This document shows, in pieces, positions 30,895-49,569 of a DNA stretch of 64,000 nucleotides. Positions within the stretch are counted from its first letter, which is position 1, and the number at the start of each line of letters is the position of its first letter. The notes beneath the pieces are model-generated. The model was not told the origin of the DNA. It saw only the letters and a program-made list of their open reading frames with translations, and did not search any database. Source of the DNA: the human T2T-CHM13v2.0 reference genome, Homo sapiens; the NCBI RefSeq assembly GCF_009914755.1, contig NC_060931.1. The stretch is one strand, 5' to 3'. The translations under genes and the position numbers were made by a program.

Positions 30895-30920
<26 letters not shown>
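30895..30920. repeat. (T)26 mononucleotide tract
   Basis: Seen directly. Confidence 0.95.
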
Positions 30921-30966
30921 ACACCAGGCCAGGCCCAGATTGGGTATTTTTAATATGTAAAAACAA

Positions 30967-31300
30967 GACTGGGTGTGGTGGCTCACACCTGTAATCCCAG
31001 CACTTTGGGAGGCCGAGGCAGGTGGATTGCCTGAGGTCAGGAGTTTGAGACCAGCCTGGCCAACATGGTGAAACCCCGTCCCTACTAAAAATACAAAAAA
31101 ATTAGCCAGGTGTGGTGGTTCATGCCTGTAATCCCAGCTACTCGGGAGGCACAAGGCAGGGGAAAATGCTTAAACCCAGGAGGTGGAGGTTGCAGTGAGC
31201 TGAGATCGCGCTACTGCACTCCACCTTGGGTGACAGAGTGACCCTCTGTCTACCTCAAAAAAAAAAAAAAAAACCAAAAAACAAAACAAACAAAAAAACA
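30967..31300 (+). mobile_element. AluSx-like
   Basis: TSD AATATGTAAAAACA. Confidence 0.94.
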
Positions 31301-32229
31301 AATATGTAAAAACAGGGAGGGCCCCAGTGTGCTTGTTAACATGCATATGAGAGCGCCAGTTTGCAAAGCAGGTACAGCCCAGGCGGGCACTGAGCAGGAT
31401 TCACAGCTGGGTCCAGACACCTTCGCTCCCCACAGATGACACCTGCAGCGAGACTCTGCTGACCTTGAACTTCAAGCTCTGTGCTTCCACTTTTGACATT
31501 CATTTGTTTCTTAGCCTAAACTTGACACTTCCTTTTAGCAATATGCAAATTCAAGGCTGTCACAGCACAGCATCTGGAAAGTTACAACAGCAGCCCATTG
31601 ACGGTGATGGTGGGATTGTGTAGGGCTTACATTTTTTAACTTCCTTGAGTATATTTTTTGAGTTTTCCACAACAGGCATGCATTGCCTAGGAATGAGGAA
31701 AATCCAACGTCTTCCTCAGGAACCCAGGCTTCACCCGTCTACGTGTCCTCTCTTCTACAAAATGGGGCTTACATGAACACTCTCCTCACCAGGCTTACTA
31801 AGGGCTTAGCTTACAGACATTATTGAGCATCTTCTGTGTACCAGAGGTTGGGGGCACGGGAGGAGTCAGATGTGGACCCTGCCCTTTAGGGTCTAGTGCA
31901 GAAGAGAGGTTTCCATAGGCAACTAGAATTCAAAACGGCATGCACGGCGGTGGAGTGAGGGGAGGGCTCTGGGGGGGCTCCGAAGGGGTAGATAGGCCGG
32001 AGTCTGCCAGATTGGAGGCCAGGGCCTTCTAAGCATCAGAACACATAGGCATACGTGGAAGGTTGAGCCATGGCATTTGGGAACCCGCCTAACCCCCCGG
32101 GGCTGGGCACAGAGTCCAGGGAGCACACAGCCTGGGGGTCGGGGAGAGAACGAAGGGACAGCACTTGGTCCCTCGGGGTGTGCATCAAGCTCAGCTGCTG
32201 AGATCTATGGATCCCAGTTCTGGCTGCGC

Positions 32230-32236
32230 TTTATTT

Positions 32237-32267
<31 letters not shown>

Positions 32268-32548
32268 TTTTTTTGAGACGGAGTCTCCCAAGCTGGAGTG
32301 AAGTGGTGCCGTCTCCGCTCACTGCAACCTCCGCTTCCCAGGTTCAAGCAATTCTCCTGCCTCAGCCTCCCAAGTAGCTGGGATTACAGGCCCCCATCAC
32401 CATGCCTGGCTAATTTTTTTTCTATTTTTAGTAGAGTCGGGGTTTCACCTTGTTGGCCAGGCTGGTTTTGAACTCCTGACCTCAAGTGATCCACCCATCT
32501 CGGCCTCCCAAAGTGCTGGGATTACAGACGTGAGCCACCGCGCCCGGC
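32230..32548 (-). mobile_element. AluS with a (TTTA)n tail
   Basis: TSD TGGCTG[C/T]GCTTTA. Confidence 0.94.
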
Positions 32549-32794
32549 CTGGCTGTGCTTTAGAGTTCCCCGCAGTGTCGGTGGTGAGCTCAGTGCCCAG
32601 GCCTGACCCAGATTCATCAAACCACACTGTTAGAGCAAGACTGGCCTGGATGGTATGGGAATTTTTTTTGTTAGTGTTCTCAAGTCTACAAAAGCTCTGG
32701 TTATAGGCAAGGCTGAATGACCTACTATTTGGGGAGCTTTGTGTAATTGAATGAAAGCTAAAAAGATTCATGTTGGTAAAAAGAAAATCCCAGA

Positions 32795-33025
32795 GGGGCT
32801 GCACCACGTTCTAGCAATGTTTGAGGGAGCCAGTGTCTCCGCAGCCTCACCCACGTGTGGTGTGGGTCCTGTTTTTCATGTTAGCCATGAAGATAGGTGA
32901 GCAGCAATATCTCATGTGATCTGATCTTCCACTTCCTTAAAGGCCCCACTGATGCCTTTTCATTTGCTTATTTGGCACCTGTATGTCCTCTTTGGTGAGA
33001 TGCCTCTTCATGCCTTTTGGCCACA
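32795..33025 (-). mobile_element. Old L1 ORF2 3' fragment
   Basis: CTTTTCATTTGCTTATTTGGCACCTGTATGTCCTCTTTGGTGAG. Confidence 0.65.
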
Positions 33026-33059
33026 CTGAGAGTTCCTTTTCCTTGCCTCTCACAGTGAT

Positions 33060-33392
33060 ATTTGGAAAACAAATGAGTGGTGGTTGCTAGGGGTTAGGGC
33101 TGTGAGGGAGGAGAGGGTTATACCTCTAAAGAGGTAGCAGGAGGGAGAGCTATGTGGCAGTGGGACACTTCTGTGCCTGGATTGCAATGGTAACACAAAT
33201 CTTCACGTGTGATAAGATGACATAGAACTACACCCACACACTGAAGCAGCGCCCATTTTCTGGCTTTGACATTGTGCTATAGTTATGAAAGATTGCGGGA
33301 ACTGGGTGAGGTGTGTATGGGCGTTCTCTCTGCCATCTTTGCAAGTTCCTGGGGATCTACAATTATCTCCAGATACAAAAATTAAAAAGAAA
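33060..33392 (+). mobile_element. L1MC/L1MD 3' UTR fragment
   Basis: GTGGTTGCTAGGGGTTAGGG..GGGAACTGGGTGAGG..ATTAAAAAG. Confidence 0.7.
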
Positions 33393-34339
33393 AGTCAGTA
33401 TCGATCAGTCTGAGAGTAGAAGTTTCATTAACCTATAATTGCTGTTTTACTTTTTCCTCCCAATTGATTAGTTGTTTGTTCTCACACAGCCAGACCACAT
33501 CATATAACATTTAGGTTCTGACTATGTTCCTTGAAGAAAATATACACTCATCATGTGGGGAAACAATGGTGACGTTTCACCTAAGGAATGTGAAGATGGA
33601 AATCAAAGTTTTCTCCCAATCAGGTAACTGAGAAAGGCAGGAGGCCATAGAAGCAGCCGCCTCAGCCCCATGGGTCACATCTGTGCTGAGTGACAATCTG
33701 TGTCTTAATGAGAAGCAATAAAGGCTAATTATCCCCAGGGTTTGACAGGTCTTTCTCAACACTTCTGCATAAAAAAGCAAGGCCACCCAGTTGGTCTCTG
33801 GATTGCAGCCTGCAAGAATCCCATGGTGGTGTTTAAACAAACGAGAAAGAACACATCAAAGGGGCATCTTACAAAGGCCCAGGAGAAACCAAAGGGACCT
33901 GGTGGCCTGAGTCCCCAGCTAGAAAGACAGATTGAATGGTCATTGCAAAGGGTAGGCTTGAAGGGGATAATGTGTGGCCATATGGAATAAAAGGAACCTC
34001 ATCTCATCGGCCATCCATCACTCCCCTCCAACAGGAACAGGTGGGTGATGGACAAAGGCTGTAGATACAGGTGCGTTTCTACCCCACCAAATTAACCTAA
34101 GAAAAAGCACGGTAGGAATGAAATTAGGCATTGCACCATTTATCTAATTTACATTTAGTGCCTTAAGAGCCTGTGAATGAACACTGGTTTATGCAGTCTG
34201 TTCACTCCGTTTTCAGTGGATTGCTGCAGAAGTAGCCTCTGATTTTATGGGGGCCTGCACATGCTGGCTCCTGCAGTCTTAGGGCCTGGTCTGAGGAGGG
34301 GCCCGGAGAGTGTGGAAGGATGAAAAATGGAGCAACCCG

Positions 34340-35330
<991 letters not shown>

Positions 35331-35340
35331 GAGCAGAAAA

Positions 35341-35620
35341 CACACCTGCATTCACACACTCATGCACACACACATACACACATGCACACATACTCTCACA
35401 CACATGCACACATACCCTCACAATGCTCTCACACAATTGTGCACACATACACACATGCACACATACTCTCACAATGCTCTCACATGCCCCACAGACACAC
35501 ACTCTCTTACAGACTCACACATTCACATGCACTCTCATGTACTCACACTCCCTCACACACACAAACTTTTATACATATTAGCATACACACTCAGACAAAC
35601 ATACACACTCAAGCACATCC
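35341..35620. repeat. Degenerate (CA)n-rich repeat
   Basis: Seen directly. Confidence 0.92.
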
Positions 35621-35696
35621 CAGTGGTGACTGATCAGTGCAGTCACTGTGCACATTGTAACACAGGAGAGAAACGGCAGCTTTAAGGGATTGTGAG

Positions 35697-36071
<375 letters not shown>

Positions 36072-36444
36072 ACCTCAGTGCAATTCTTAAATGACACTGA
36101 AAATTGTTAGCTTAGTATGATGTTTTTCCAGCCATACTGGGAATACTGAATTGACTTAATTTATGCATAGGAGGCAACATGCTGCCTGAAGAAAAAGTAT
36201 CCTAAACCCTAATGGTTCAAGTCATCGGGTATTTCCAAGTTCACCAAGAAATTCAAACCCTGTCCTTCTTCACCATTTGAGGGAAAGCTGACACAGATCT
36301 AAATCTTGATGTCTTTCATGTGTACTGCCAACAAGTAAGGCAGCACAGAAGAGTAAAAATGCCTCAGTTTCTCAAATCTTGCTCTTGCGTTCAAATCTTG
36401 ACTTTGCTGTCTCAGTCTGCCTGTGTATTGAATGGGTGCAATAA

Positions 36445-36774
<330 letters not shown>

Positions 36775-36790
36775 CAGTTATAGCCTATTC

Positions 36791-37080
36791 TTTTTTTTTT
36801 TTTTTTTTTTGAGACGGAGTCTTGATGTCACCCAGGCTGGAGTGCAGTGGTGCAATCTCGGCTCACTGCAGGCTCCACCCTCTAGGGTTCATGCCATTCT
36901 CCTGCCTCAGCAGCTGGGACTACAGGCACCCGCCACCTCGCCTGGCTAATTTTTTGTATTTTTAGTAGAGATGGGGTTTCACCGTGTTAGCCAGGATGGT
37001 CTCGATCTCCTGACCTCGTAATCCACCCACCTCGGCCTCCCAAAGTGCTGGGATTACAGGAGTGAGCCACCGCGCCTGGC
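36791..37080 (-). mobile_element. AluY (second of a tandem pair)
   Basis: AluY diagnostics; same 16-bp flanking repeat. Confidence 0.95.
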
Positions 37081-37280
37081 CAGTTATAGCCCATTCTTAT
37101 AGCACTGAAGGAATTGTGCAATGGCTATGTAACCCCTGGGTCAAGTGCCTGATTCAAGATGGTGGAAAAACATTCCTTTCCATTCTATAGAACACATATG
37201 TATTGGATGTCTTTTCTGTGCTAGGTATAGTGCTTGGTGCTTAGGGAAAAAGCACTAGAGAGACAGATGTGGTTTGTGCT

Positions 37281-37420
37281 TGTGACAGTTTCATGTGTCA
37301 ACTTGACTGGGCTAAGGGATACCTAGGTAATTGGTAAAACATTAGTTCTGGTGTGTCTGTGAGGGTGTTTGCAGAAAAGATTAGCATTTGAATTTATAGA
37401 TGGAGTGAAGCAGATCCACT
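37281..37420 (+). mobile_element. MLT2 (ERVL) LTR, 5' fragment
   Basis: ATGTGTCAACTTGACTGGGCTAAGGGATACC..GTGTGTCTGTGAGGGTGTTT. Confidence 0.85.
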
Positions 37421-37521
37421 GCAAACTTCTCTACGCTCTCCTCCAAACCACATGGCACTCCTCTGTGCCGTGAGGTTTTGTCATGTTCGTTATCTGTAGA
37501 TGTCATAGCTCTGCAGTTACC

Positions 37522-37950
37522 TGCTATGGTTTGGAAATGGGCTTATTCATCTCTACCATCGGTGCGGTGGCTTTGGGAGATGGGGCCTAGCGGGAGGTGT
37601 TTGGGTCATGGGGACGGATCCCTCGTGAATGTCTTGGTACTGTTCTTGTGGTGATGAGTTCTCACTCTGATGAGCCTGGATAATTTCCCACAGAATGAAT
37701 TAGTTCCCGCAAAAGTTGACTGTTAAACAGACAGAATGCTTCTTGCATTTTGTTTCTTCAGGTGTGTCTTCTTGCCCTTTGACCTTCTTCATCATGTATG
37801 TTATGATGCAGCACAAAAGCTCTCACCAGAAACCAGGGCCATGCTCTTGAACTTCTCAGCCTGCAGAACTGTGAGCTAAATAAACCTCTTTTCTTTATAC
37901 ATTACCCAGACTCAAGTATTCTGTTTTAGCGACACAAAATAGACTATGAT
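37522..37950 (+). mobile_element. MSTB-family LTR
   Basis: TGCTATGGTTTGG start; GGGAGGTGTTTGGGTCATGGGG; AATAAACCTCTTTTCTTTAT. Confidence 0.85.
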
Positions 37951-38630
37951 GGAAGATTGGTATTGAGCAGTGGGGTCTTTTTATAAAGGTACTTGAAAAT
38001 GTGGAAGCCAGTGTGGAACTGGGAAATGGCCACAGGTTGAAAGAGTTTGGAGGAGCAGGCTAGAAAAGCACTGCATTGCCCTGAAGTGGGCATTAAGGAT
38101 AATTCTGGTGAGGGCCCAAAGAAGACAAAGAGATTAGGGTAAGTTTGGAATTTCTTGGAGACTAGTTAAGTTATTGTGACCAAAATGTTTATAGAATTAT
38201 GGACAGTAAAGGCCATTCTGATAAGGTCACAGATGGAAATGGGAAGTATCTATTTGGAAACTGGAACAAAGGTCACACTTGTTACAAATATTTGTATTTA
38301 TGCCCTAAGGCTTTATGGAAGGTTGAACTTAAGAGGGATGACCTAAGATAATCTGGCGGATGAAATTTCTAAGCAGCAAATCACTCAAGAAGTGGTGTGG
38401 TTACTTTCAACAGCTTATGCTCAGTTATGGCAGCAAAAGAATGACCTGAAGGCAGAATTTACAATTAAAAGGGAAGCATAGAAATTTGGAAAATTTCCAG
38501 CCTGGCCATGTGGCAGAGAATGAAAGGGCATTTTCAGGAGAGGAATTTAAGAGTTCAGCAGAGTAATCACTTGCTGAGGAGATGACTGGGGGTGAAAAGG
38601 GAGCCAAGTGGTAACAGTAAGAAAAATGGG

Positions 38631-38929
38631 GGCTGGGCATGGTGGCTCATGCCTGTAATCCTAGCACTTTAGGAGACCGAGGTGGGCTGATCATCTGAGG
38701 TCAGGAGTTGGAGACCAGCCTGGCCAACATAGTGAGGCCTTGTCTCTACTAAAAACACAAAAATTACCTGGGTTTGGTGGCGGGCGCCTGTAATGCCAGC
38801 TACTCAGGAGGCTAAGGCGGGTAATCGCTTGGCCAGGGAGGGGAAGGTTGCAGTGAGCAGAGCTGGAGCCACTGCACTCCAGCCTAGATGACAGAGTGAG
38901 ACTCCGTCTCAAAAAAAAAAAAAAAAAAA
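38631..38929 (+). mobile_element. AluS
   Basis: Sense Alu; imperfect TSD AAG(A/G)A(A/C)AATGGG. Confidence 0.92.
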
Positions 38930-39114
38930 GGACAATGGGAAAAGGCTGGAGAGGCATTTCGGAGATCCCTGAGGCCTGCCCCTCCCATCTGCCCAGATGC
39001 CTGAAAAGGCAGAATAATTTGGGGGGATGGGCCTGGGACCCTGATGCCCTGTGTAGCCTCAGGAAGCTGTTCCCTGGATCCAGCCTGGAGCAGCGGTGGC
39101 ACAATTGGCTGAGA

Positions 39115-39395
39115 TATTAAAGTGGTGTCATTGTCTGGGATAAAACCTGAGGTTCCTTGTCCCATGGCCATGGAAAACTAGGATGCTTACACACCAGAGT
39201 GAGGTTAAACTCAGAAGTTTAATAGGCGAAAGAAAAAGAAGAGATCTCTGTGCAAAGAGGGGTCTCAGAGAAAAATGGGTTGCTGTGGTGAAATGTAGGA
39301 GGTTTTATAGATGAGCTTGAGGAGGCAGTGTCTGATTTACAAAGCACATGAAAGATTGGCTGGACCAGGTGTGCCATTTGCATAGCACGCAAATG
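39115..39395 (-). mobile_element. MER61-like ERV1 LTR fragment
   Basis: GTTTAATAGGCGAAAGAAA..TTTTATAGATGAGCTTGAGGAGGCAGTGTCTGATTTACA..GACCAGGTGTGCCATTTGCATAG. Confidence 0.72.
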
Positions 39396-39861
39396 GCTGA
39401 GGACACAGCTCCTGAGAACTCAAGTTGTAAGCCTTGGAGATGTCCATGTGATGTCAAGTCTGCAGGCACCTAGAAGGCGAGAGCTGTAGAGGCTTGGCAG
39501 CTTCCTTTTTGATTTCAGAGGATGTTTCTGAAAATCTAGGGTCCAAGGCAGAAAACTGCTGTGGGGCACAGCCACCATAGAGTCCCTCCTGGGGCAATGC
39601 CTGGTGGAACTATGGGGCCAGGGTCACCACTGAAAACCTGGAATGGGAAAGCCACCAACAATATGAAACCTCAGCCTGGAAAAGCTGCCAGCACCAAACT
39701 CCAACCCATGAGAGCAGCTGCATGGGCTGTGCCCCGCAAAGCCATGGGAGCAGGGCTGGCTAAGACACTCACTGAGTGTTTCCTTACTAGGTGTTGACTT
39801 CTGCAGCAACTGAAATATATTCCTTGTCTAATTCTGACGAGGCAGGCTAATTAGAATTCTA

Positions 39862-40221
<360 letters not shown>

Positions 40222-40633
40222 TTAGCTGTCTAGAGAACATTAATGGTTGTGCATATATCAGTTGTTCTCAAAATGTGGGCTGTGGATACCTGAGGGTCCT
40301 TGAGAGCTCCTCAGGGGATTACTGTCCTTCCCATACCAGGACAATGTTCTTTGCCCTTTTCACTGTGTTTAGATTTTCACTGATGGTGCAAAAGCAATGG
40401 TGTCTGATACTGCTGGTGTCTCAGTGTGAATGTGGTCACTGACACTGTAAACCTAAAATAAAAGTCTAAGCCCCCCAACCCTCAGAATGGACTTCCTCCT
40501 AGGCCAGGGAACTCTTATATTTAACCTGAAAGACTGGTTCAGGCCATGACGGGGAGAGGGGGTTGGGCACGCCTCATTTTCCCTCTCAGGCACCAACATC
40601 AACGCAGACTTTAAGTCTGACAAGAAACATTTA

Positions 40634-41350
<717 letters not shown>

Positions 41351-42400
41351 CTACTGTAATGTATTCTCATGCAGATGAAGCCTGCTACCTGGAGGCTTCA
41401 TCTGCATGAAAAAAACTTTAGTCTCCACAATCTCTTATCGCAACCCAGACATTCCTTTCTACTGATAACTCTTTCAACCAATTGCCAATTAGAAAAATTG
41501 TAAATGTACTTATAACCTGTAAGCACCCCCGCTTCCTGCTTCAAGTTGTCCCACCTTTCTGTACCGAACCAATGTATTTCTTCAATGTATTTGATTGAAG
41601 TCTCATGTCTCCCTAAAATGTATAAAACCAAGCTGCACCCGGACCACCTTGGACACACGTTCTCAAGATCTCCTGAGGGCTGTGTCATGGGCCATGGTCA
41701 CTCATATTTGGCTCAGAATAAATCTTTTCAAATATTTTACAGAGTTTGACTGTTTTCTTCAACACAGAGTTCGTTACTGCCACAAACTTAGAGTAAGAAA
41801 ACTCAGTTTCTGATTAAACAGTGAACACTATTGATCAAAGGTCGAGCCCCTGAGTACAGATCTCTTAAATATATCCTGTGGGTTGCAATTGGAAGGGCAC
41901 AGAAAGCCCCTTTGCTGCTTGCTGAATGGCGCTTGCTGAATGGCACATGCTGTCTGAACAGAAGCGCTTGTGTGATCCTTGCCTTGGAGCTGAACAGACA
42001 GCCTTTGCCAGGGAAGGAGCAACTGACAGGCTGTGGTCTTTCACACTTGTGTATTGGTCGGCTCATAGAGACTCTTGTGAAGAGAATGGGGACGCTATTG
42101 ACAAATGGGGTTTCTTTTTTCCTATTAAATAATAAAATGAGTCAACATTTGGAAGATCTGCTTAATTCAGTGAATCAACATTTTTCAAATGACCAACGGA
42201 TGATGTTACTGATTCACGCATAGGTAAGAGATTCATTCAGTGTGCTAGAGAGACCAACAGATTTTATACATAGAGTAGGAAAAGTTCATTGATTCCACAG
42301 TGTAATTAAACTTTAAGGAACTATCGCATGTCAAGTTTTGGTGGATTATCAAATAAAAATATTGACAATAATCTAAAAATGCCATTAAAAGTGCTCCATC

Positions 42401-43001
<601 letters not shown>

Positions 43002-43350
43002 TATCATTTCTTAACTACCTATCTACGTGAACCTAGATTTTCTTTTCATATTTCACCAAAACAATACTCTGCACAGACTGAATGCAAAAGCAGATTGAGA
43101 ATCCAGAATCTCCACTAAGCCAGATATTAAATAGATTTGCATAAAATGAAAACGACACCATTCTTTCCACTAAGTTGTCTGGTTTGGGCACATACAGTAG
43201 TTGATTTCCTTAAATTACTATTATTTATGTTAATATGTGATTGATTTATTACATTTTAAATAAATAAATGTTTAGTTTAAACAATTTCTACTATGATAAA
43301 TATTGATAGTATGAAACACATAAACATCAGCTCTTTTGGCCTCTTAATAA

Positions 43351-43435
43351 TTTTTTTTTTCTTTGAGATGGAGTCTCGCTCTGTCACCCAGATCACGCCA
43401 CTGCACTCCATCTCAAAAAAAAAAAAAAAAAAAAA
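43351..43435. mobile_element. Chimeric inverted Alu-tail remnant
   Basis: Poly-T plus antisense Alu 3' end fused to a sense Alu 3' fragment plus poly-A. Confidence 0.85.
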
Positions 43436-43859
43436 GTTGCTCATCTAACAGGTACCTGTGAGAGACACGGCTCTGGAGACGAAGACAGCCTCGTGCAGGG
43501 GACCTCCTGGGATTGCTGTGGACCTTGGTCCTCCTCAACCCTGTTACACTCACACTGTCGGAAACCAAGGCCCGGGAGGTGGAGTGGCTCGCTCTGCTTC
43601 ACACTGCTGCACCACAGCATTCACACCCATCCCAGGGCTGTCTGGCTGCATTCTCTCTGTTCTCTACAGTGCTTCAGACAATGAGTTGAAAGTTTACAAA
43701 CCTGTGCCACTCTATATTCAATATGCACTGACATAGTTGTGTAAAAATTACTTATATATGTCCTAGAAGTGGTATTTACAGATTGAAAAAATTCCTAGAA
43801 AGCAAATAAAATGAAACTGTAGGATGGGGAGTATGTGATTTTTATTTAAAAGTTGAGTG

Positions 43860-44050
43860 AAGATAATTTCCACTAGTGCTTCAAAGTGTTCTGATGGCTT
43901 CCACACCTATTAACCTGCACATATGAATCCCACAGTGTCCTGGAGAAATTGTTACCCCAGTTTACAGATCACGAAATGAGGGTCTGAGAAGTTAAGTAAC
44001 TGAGGCACAGACACATTCAGTGTGGGCAGGCTGGTGCGGGTCTGAAGCTC
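43860..44050 (-). mobile_element. MIR
   Basis: TTTACAGAT..GAGAAGTTAAGTAACT. Confidence 0.65.
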
Positions 44051-44895
44051 TTGCCCTCTCCTCTCCAAGGTGCTGACAATCTCTCAGGCTAATGAGGCTA
44101 ACAGGCCATTACTTGTCCCCTGTGCTTTTCCAAGGACATGGACACAGGGGTAACTCCAACCCCTCCCATTCCTTCAGCAACAATGGGGCATGTTGACTTT
44201 GGGTCTCCTAAGGTTAGAGGCTCTCATCACGTTGTCTCTATCCATTTACCAGTGACAACACCAAACAATGTTTGTCTACGGTGCCCGGTGAATTGCCATT
44301 AGCTTTGCGGGAAACTCTCAGAATAGAGCATTAAAGGGTAGGAAGTTGAGCCCAGTGGCCAGGAATTTGGACCTTCTAGCCAAGCTTAGGGAGATTCACG
44401 CTGGCTGGATTTCCCTCACTGGAGGCTTGTTTGAAAAGACCTCCCAAGCCAGGGTGGCACTGCGTGTAGCTCCTGGAAGCAATCCTCATGCTGGCCAAAC
44501 ACGCCTACCTTGGGTGGTCAGCACAGCAGCCCAACTCCCCAGCTCCACTTCTCACAGTGAGAATCAAGATTTAGAAACTGCTGTGATTACAGAAGCTGCT
44601 AATATGTTGTTAGGGCCAGGTACCTCAAAGGACATTTCTTCAGCTAGGCAACCTCTTCCATAACAGTGGCCTGGTGAAAGTGCACACAAAATGCCTAAAA
44701 GAAAAGCGTATAATGGAGAGAAACGCACATGGTGCTCAAGTGCCAGCACAGAAACTGCACTGTGGTGGCCCCAGCCCCTGCCAGTAGGAAGGGATAGTCC
44801 ATATCAGTACTCATCACTGCAGTAAAAGGTGTGAATAAAAGGGTTGGGAGAATGGATATAAAGTCCAAGGACTTTGCTTCTTAAAAAAATTAATA

Positions 44896-45190
<295 letters not shown>

Positions 45191-45194
45191 TTAA

Positions 45195-45900
45195 TACACT
45201 TTATTTTCTATAACAGTTTTAGTTTTACAGAAAAATTGAGCAGATGGTACAGAAAGTTCCCATATTGCTCCTGCCCAACAGCTGCCTTTTTATCAACACC
45301 CTCCACCAGAGTGAGGCTTTCGTTATAACTGACGGACCTGCACTGACCCATCCTTAACACTCAAGGTCCATGGTTTACTTTAGGGTCTGTTCTTGGTGTT
45401 GTATATTCTATTGGTTTTAACAAATGTGTAATGTCATGCACTCACCATTAGAGTATATCATACGGTAGTTTCACTGCCCTAAAAGTCCCCTCTGCGCCAC
45501 CTATTTATCCCTCCCCCAAACCCCTAATCTTTTTATTGTCTTCATAGTTTTGCCTTTTCCAAAACGTCACAGAGCTGGAATCATACAGTATGTAGCCTGT
45601 TCAGATGGACTTCTTTCACTCTGCAGTATGCATCTGGGGTTCCTCTGTGTCTCTTCTTGGCTTGATAGTTTCTTTCCTTTTAGCGCTGAATAATATTTTA
45701 TTGTCTAGATGGACTATAGTTTATGTATCCATTCACTTACTGAAGGACATCTTGGCTGCTTCCAAATTTTGGCAATTATAGATAAAACTGCTGTAAACAT
45801 CTGTGTACAGGTTTTTAGGTTTTCAGCTCTTTTGGGTAAATGCCAAGAAGCTCAATTGCTAGATCGCATGACAAGAATATGCTTAGTTTTGTAAGAAATC
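45195..45900 (-). mobile_element. L1MC1/2-like 3' end
   Basis: CAGTTTTAGTTTTACAGAAAAATTGAGCAG..GTTTCACTGCCCTAAAA..GGACATCTTGGCTGCTTCCA. Confidence 0.85.
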
Positions 45901-45914
45901 ACCTTAGAAACTGC

Positions 45915-46465
<551 letters not shown>

Positions 46466-46959
46466 TCAATGCCAGGAGACATAGTCGTGTGTCCCTTAAT
46501 GATAAGGATATGTTCCGAGAAGTGCATTGTTAGATGATTTCATCATTGCGTATATGTCAGAGTGGACTTATACAAAACTAGATGGACTAGCCTACAACAC
46601 ACTCATGCTGTATGGTATGGCCTATTGCTCCTAGGCTACACACCTGTGCAGCCTGTACTATACTGAATACTGAAGGCAACTGTAACACAATGGGAAGTAT
46701 TTGTGCATCTAAATATATCTGAACATAGAAAAGCTGCAGTAAAAATATAGCATACAAGATAAAAAATGGTACATCTGTGTAGGGCACTTCCCAGGAATGG
46801 AGCTTGCAGGACTGGAAGTTGCTCTTGGTGAGTCAATGAGTAGGTGGTGAGTGAATGTGAAGGCCTAGGCCATTACTATGCACTACTACACACTTTATAA
46901 ACACTTAGGCTACACTAAACTCATTAAAAAATACTTTTCTTTCTTTAATAATAAATTAA

Positions 46960-47589
<630 letters not shown>

Positions 47590-48019
47590 TGGTTTTTTAA
47601 ACGTTTTGATGCTTTTGTAATAACACTTAGCCCAAGACACAAACACATTGCATAGCTGTACAAAAATATTTTTTTCTTTATATCCTTATTCTGTAAGTTT
47701 TTTTTTCTATTTCTGTTTCTAGTTATTTACTTATTTATTTTTTACTTTCTAAAGTTTTATGTTAAAAATGAAGACAAAAACACACATATTAGCCTGGGCC
47801 TACACAGGGTAAGGAGCATCAATGTCACGGTCCTTTACCTCCACGTCTTGTCCCACAGGAAGGTCTTCAGGGACTAACACACATGGAGCTGTCGTTTCCT
47901 GCAATAGCAGTGTCTCCTTCGATACCTCCTGAAGGGCCTACCTGAGCCTGCTTTGCAGTTAACTTCTTTTTTGCATAAGTAAGACTACACTCTAAAGTTA
48001 TTATAAAAGTATAGCATAG

Positions 48020-48375
<356 letters not shown>

Positions 48376-48698
48376 TCACATACGTGGCCTGCCACTGACT
48401 GAAGCGTCAATATGCGCTGCATGAGTGCATTTTTGTGGCACATGAGTATGGTTTTGTTTCTTTTTGGCAGTCAGTGCGCAAGGGTGAGTGTTGAAGAGAA
48501 CATCACGCAGTACATTTTAACGTGTGGCTTCCACTATAAAATCTGTGGTTAACTACTGACCCTTTTATTAAGCTTATTATGAGGGTGATTTGAGAAAAGA
48601 TTTCTGAAAAAAAAACACACGTGCTTCAAATTTTTATGCAAAACAAAATTAAACCTAAAACGGCTAGTGGCAACTGCTTAGCCTTTGGTATTGCTTTT

Positions 48699-49119
<421 letters not shown>

Positions 49120-49569
49120 TAAAGGAACTATAGGGTCTTAGAGCTGGGAAGGGGCTCCCATGTGCCTGATCTTGAGGCCATGGAGCCTGCGAAAGGGAAG
49201 CAAGAGGTCTATGGGATGCCACAAGGCTGTGGCTGGATCAAGCCATCGTCCTAAGAGGATTCCAAACAGTCAGAAAAGCGGGGAGATGAAAAGGGCCTCA
49301 CAGTGCTGGGCAAGGGGCGCACAAAGGGGCTCTGTTCCTGTGCCCCCAGGGTGCCCCCTCTGCCTGCCTGGCTCTCATGGTTGTCAAAACAGAGGGAACA
49401 TTCCTCAGCTGACCCAGGACACAAAGGCTTGTCCTGGGCTGGGAGCGAGGCGCAGTGGTTTCATTAGTCCAGGCACAGTCATAAATCCCTCCCCGGAAGC
49501 CTGGCCTGCCGCCTCAACGACCAGCCTGAGAGCCATGGCCAGTCCCACAAGTCCAAGGTAGGCTTATTT

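Larger units (their letters stand above)
37951..39790 (+). mobile_element. MST internal (MaLR-int) sequence with nested Alu and MER61; 3' LTR not seen
   Basis: AAAATGTGGAAGC..GGAACTGGG..AAATTTCTAAGCAGCAAA..CAGCCTGGAAAAGCTG. Confidence 0.82.

Noticed and set aside
41831-42223. 130-aa ORF as an active transposase
   Set aside because: It is a decayed Charlie1 fragment with deletions and Alu insertions
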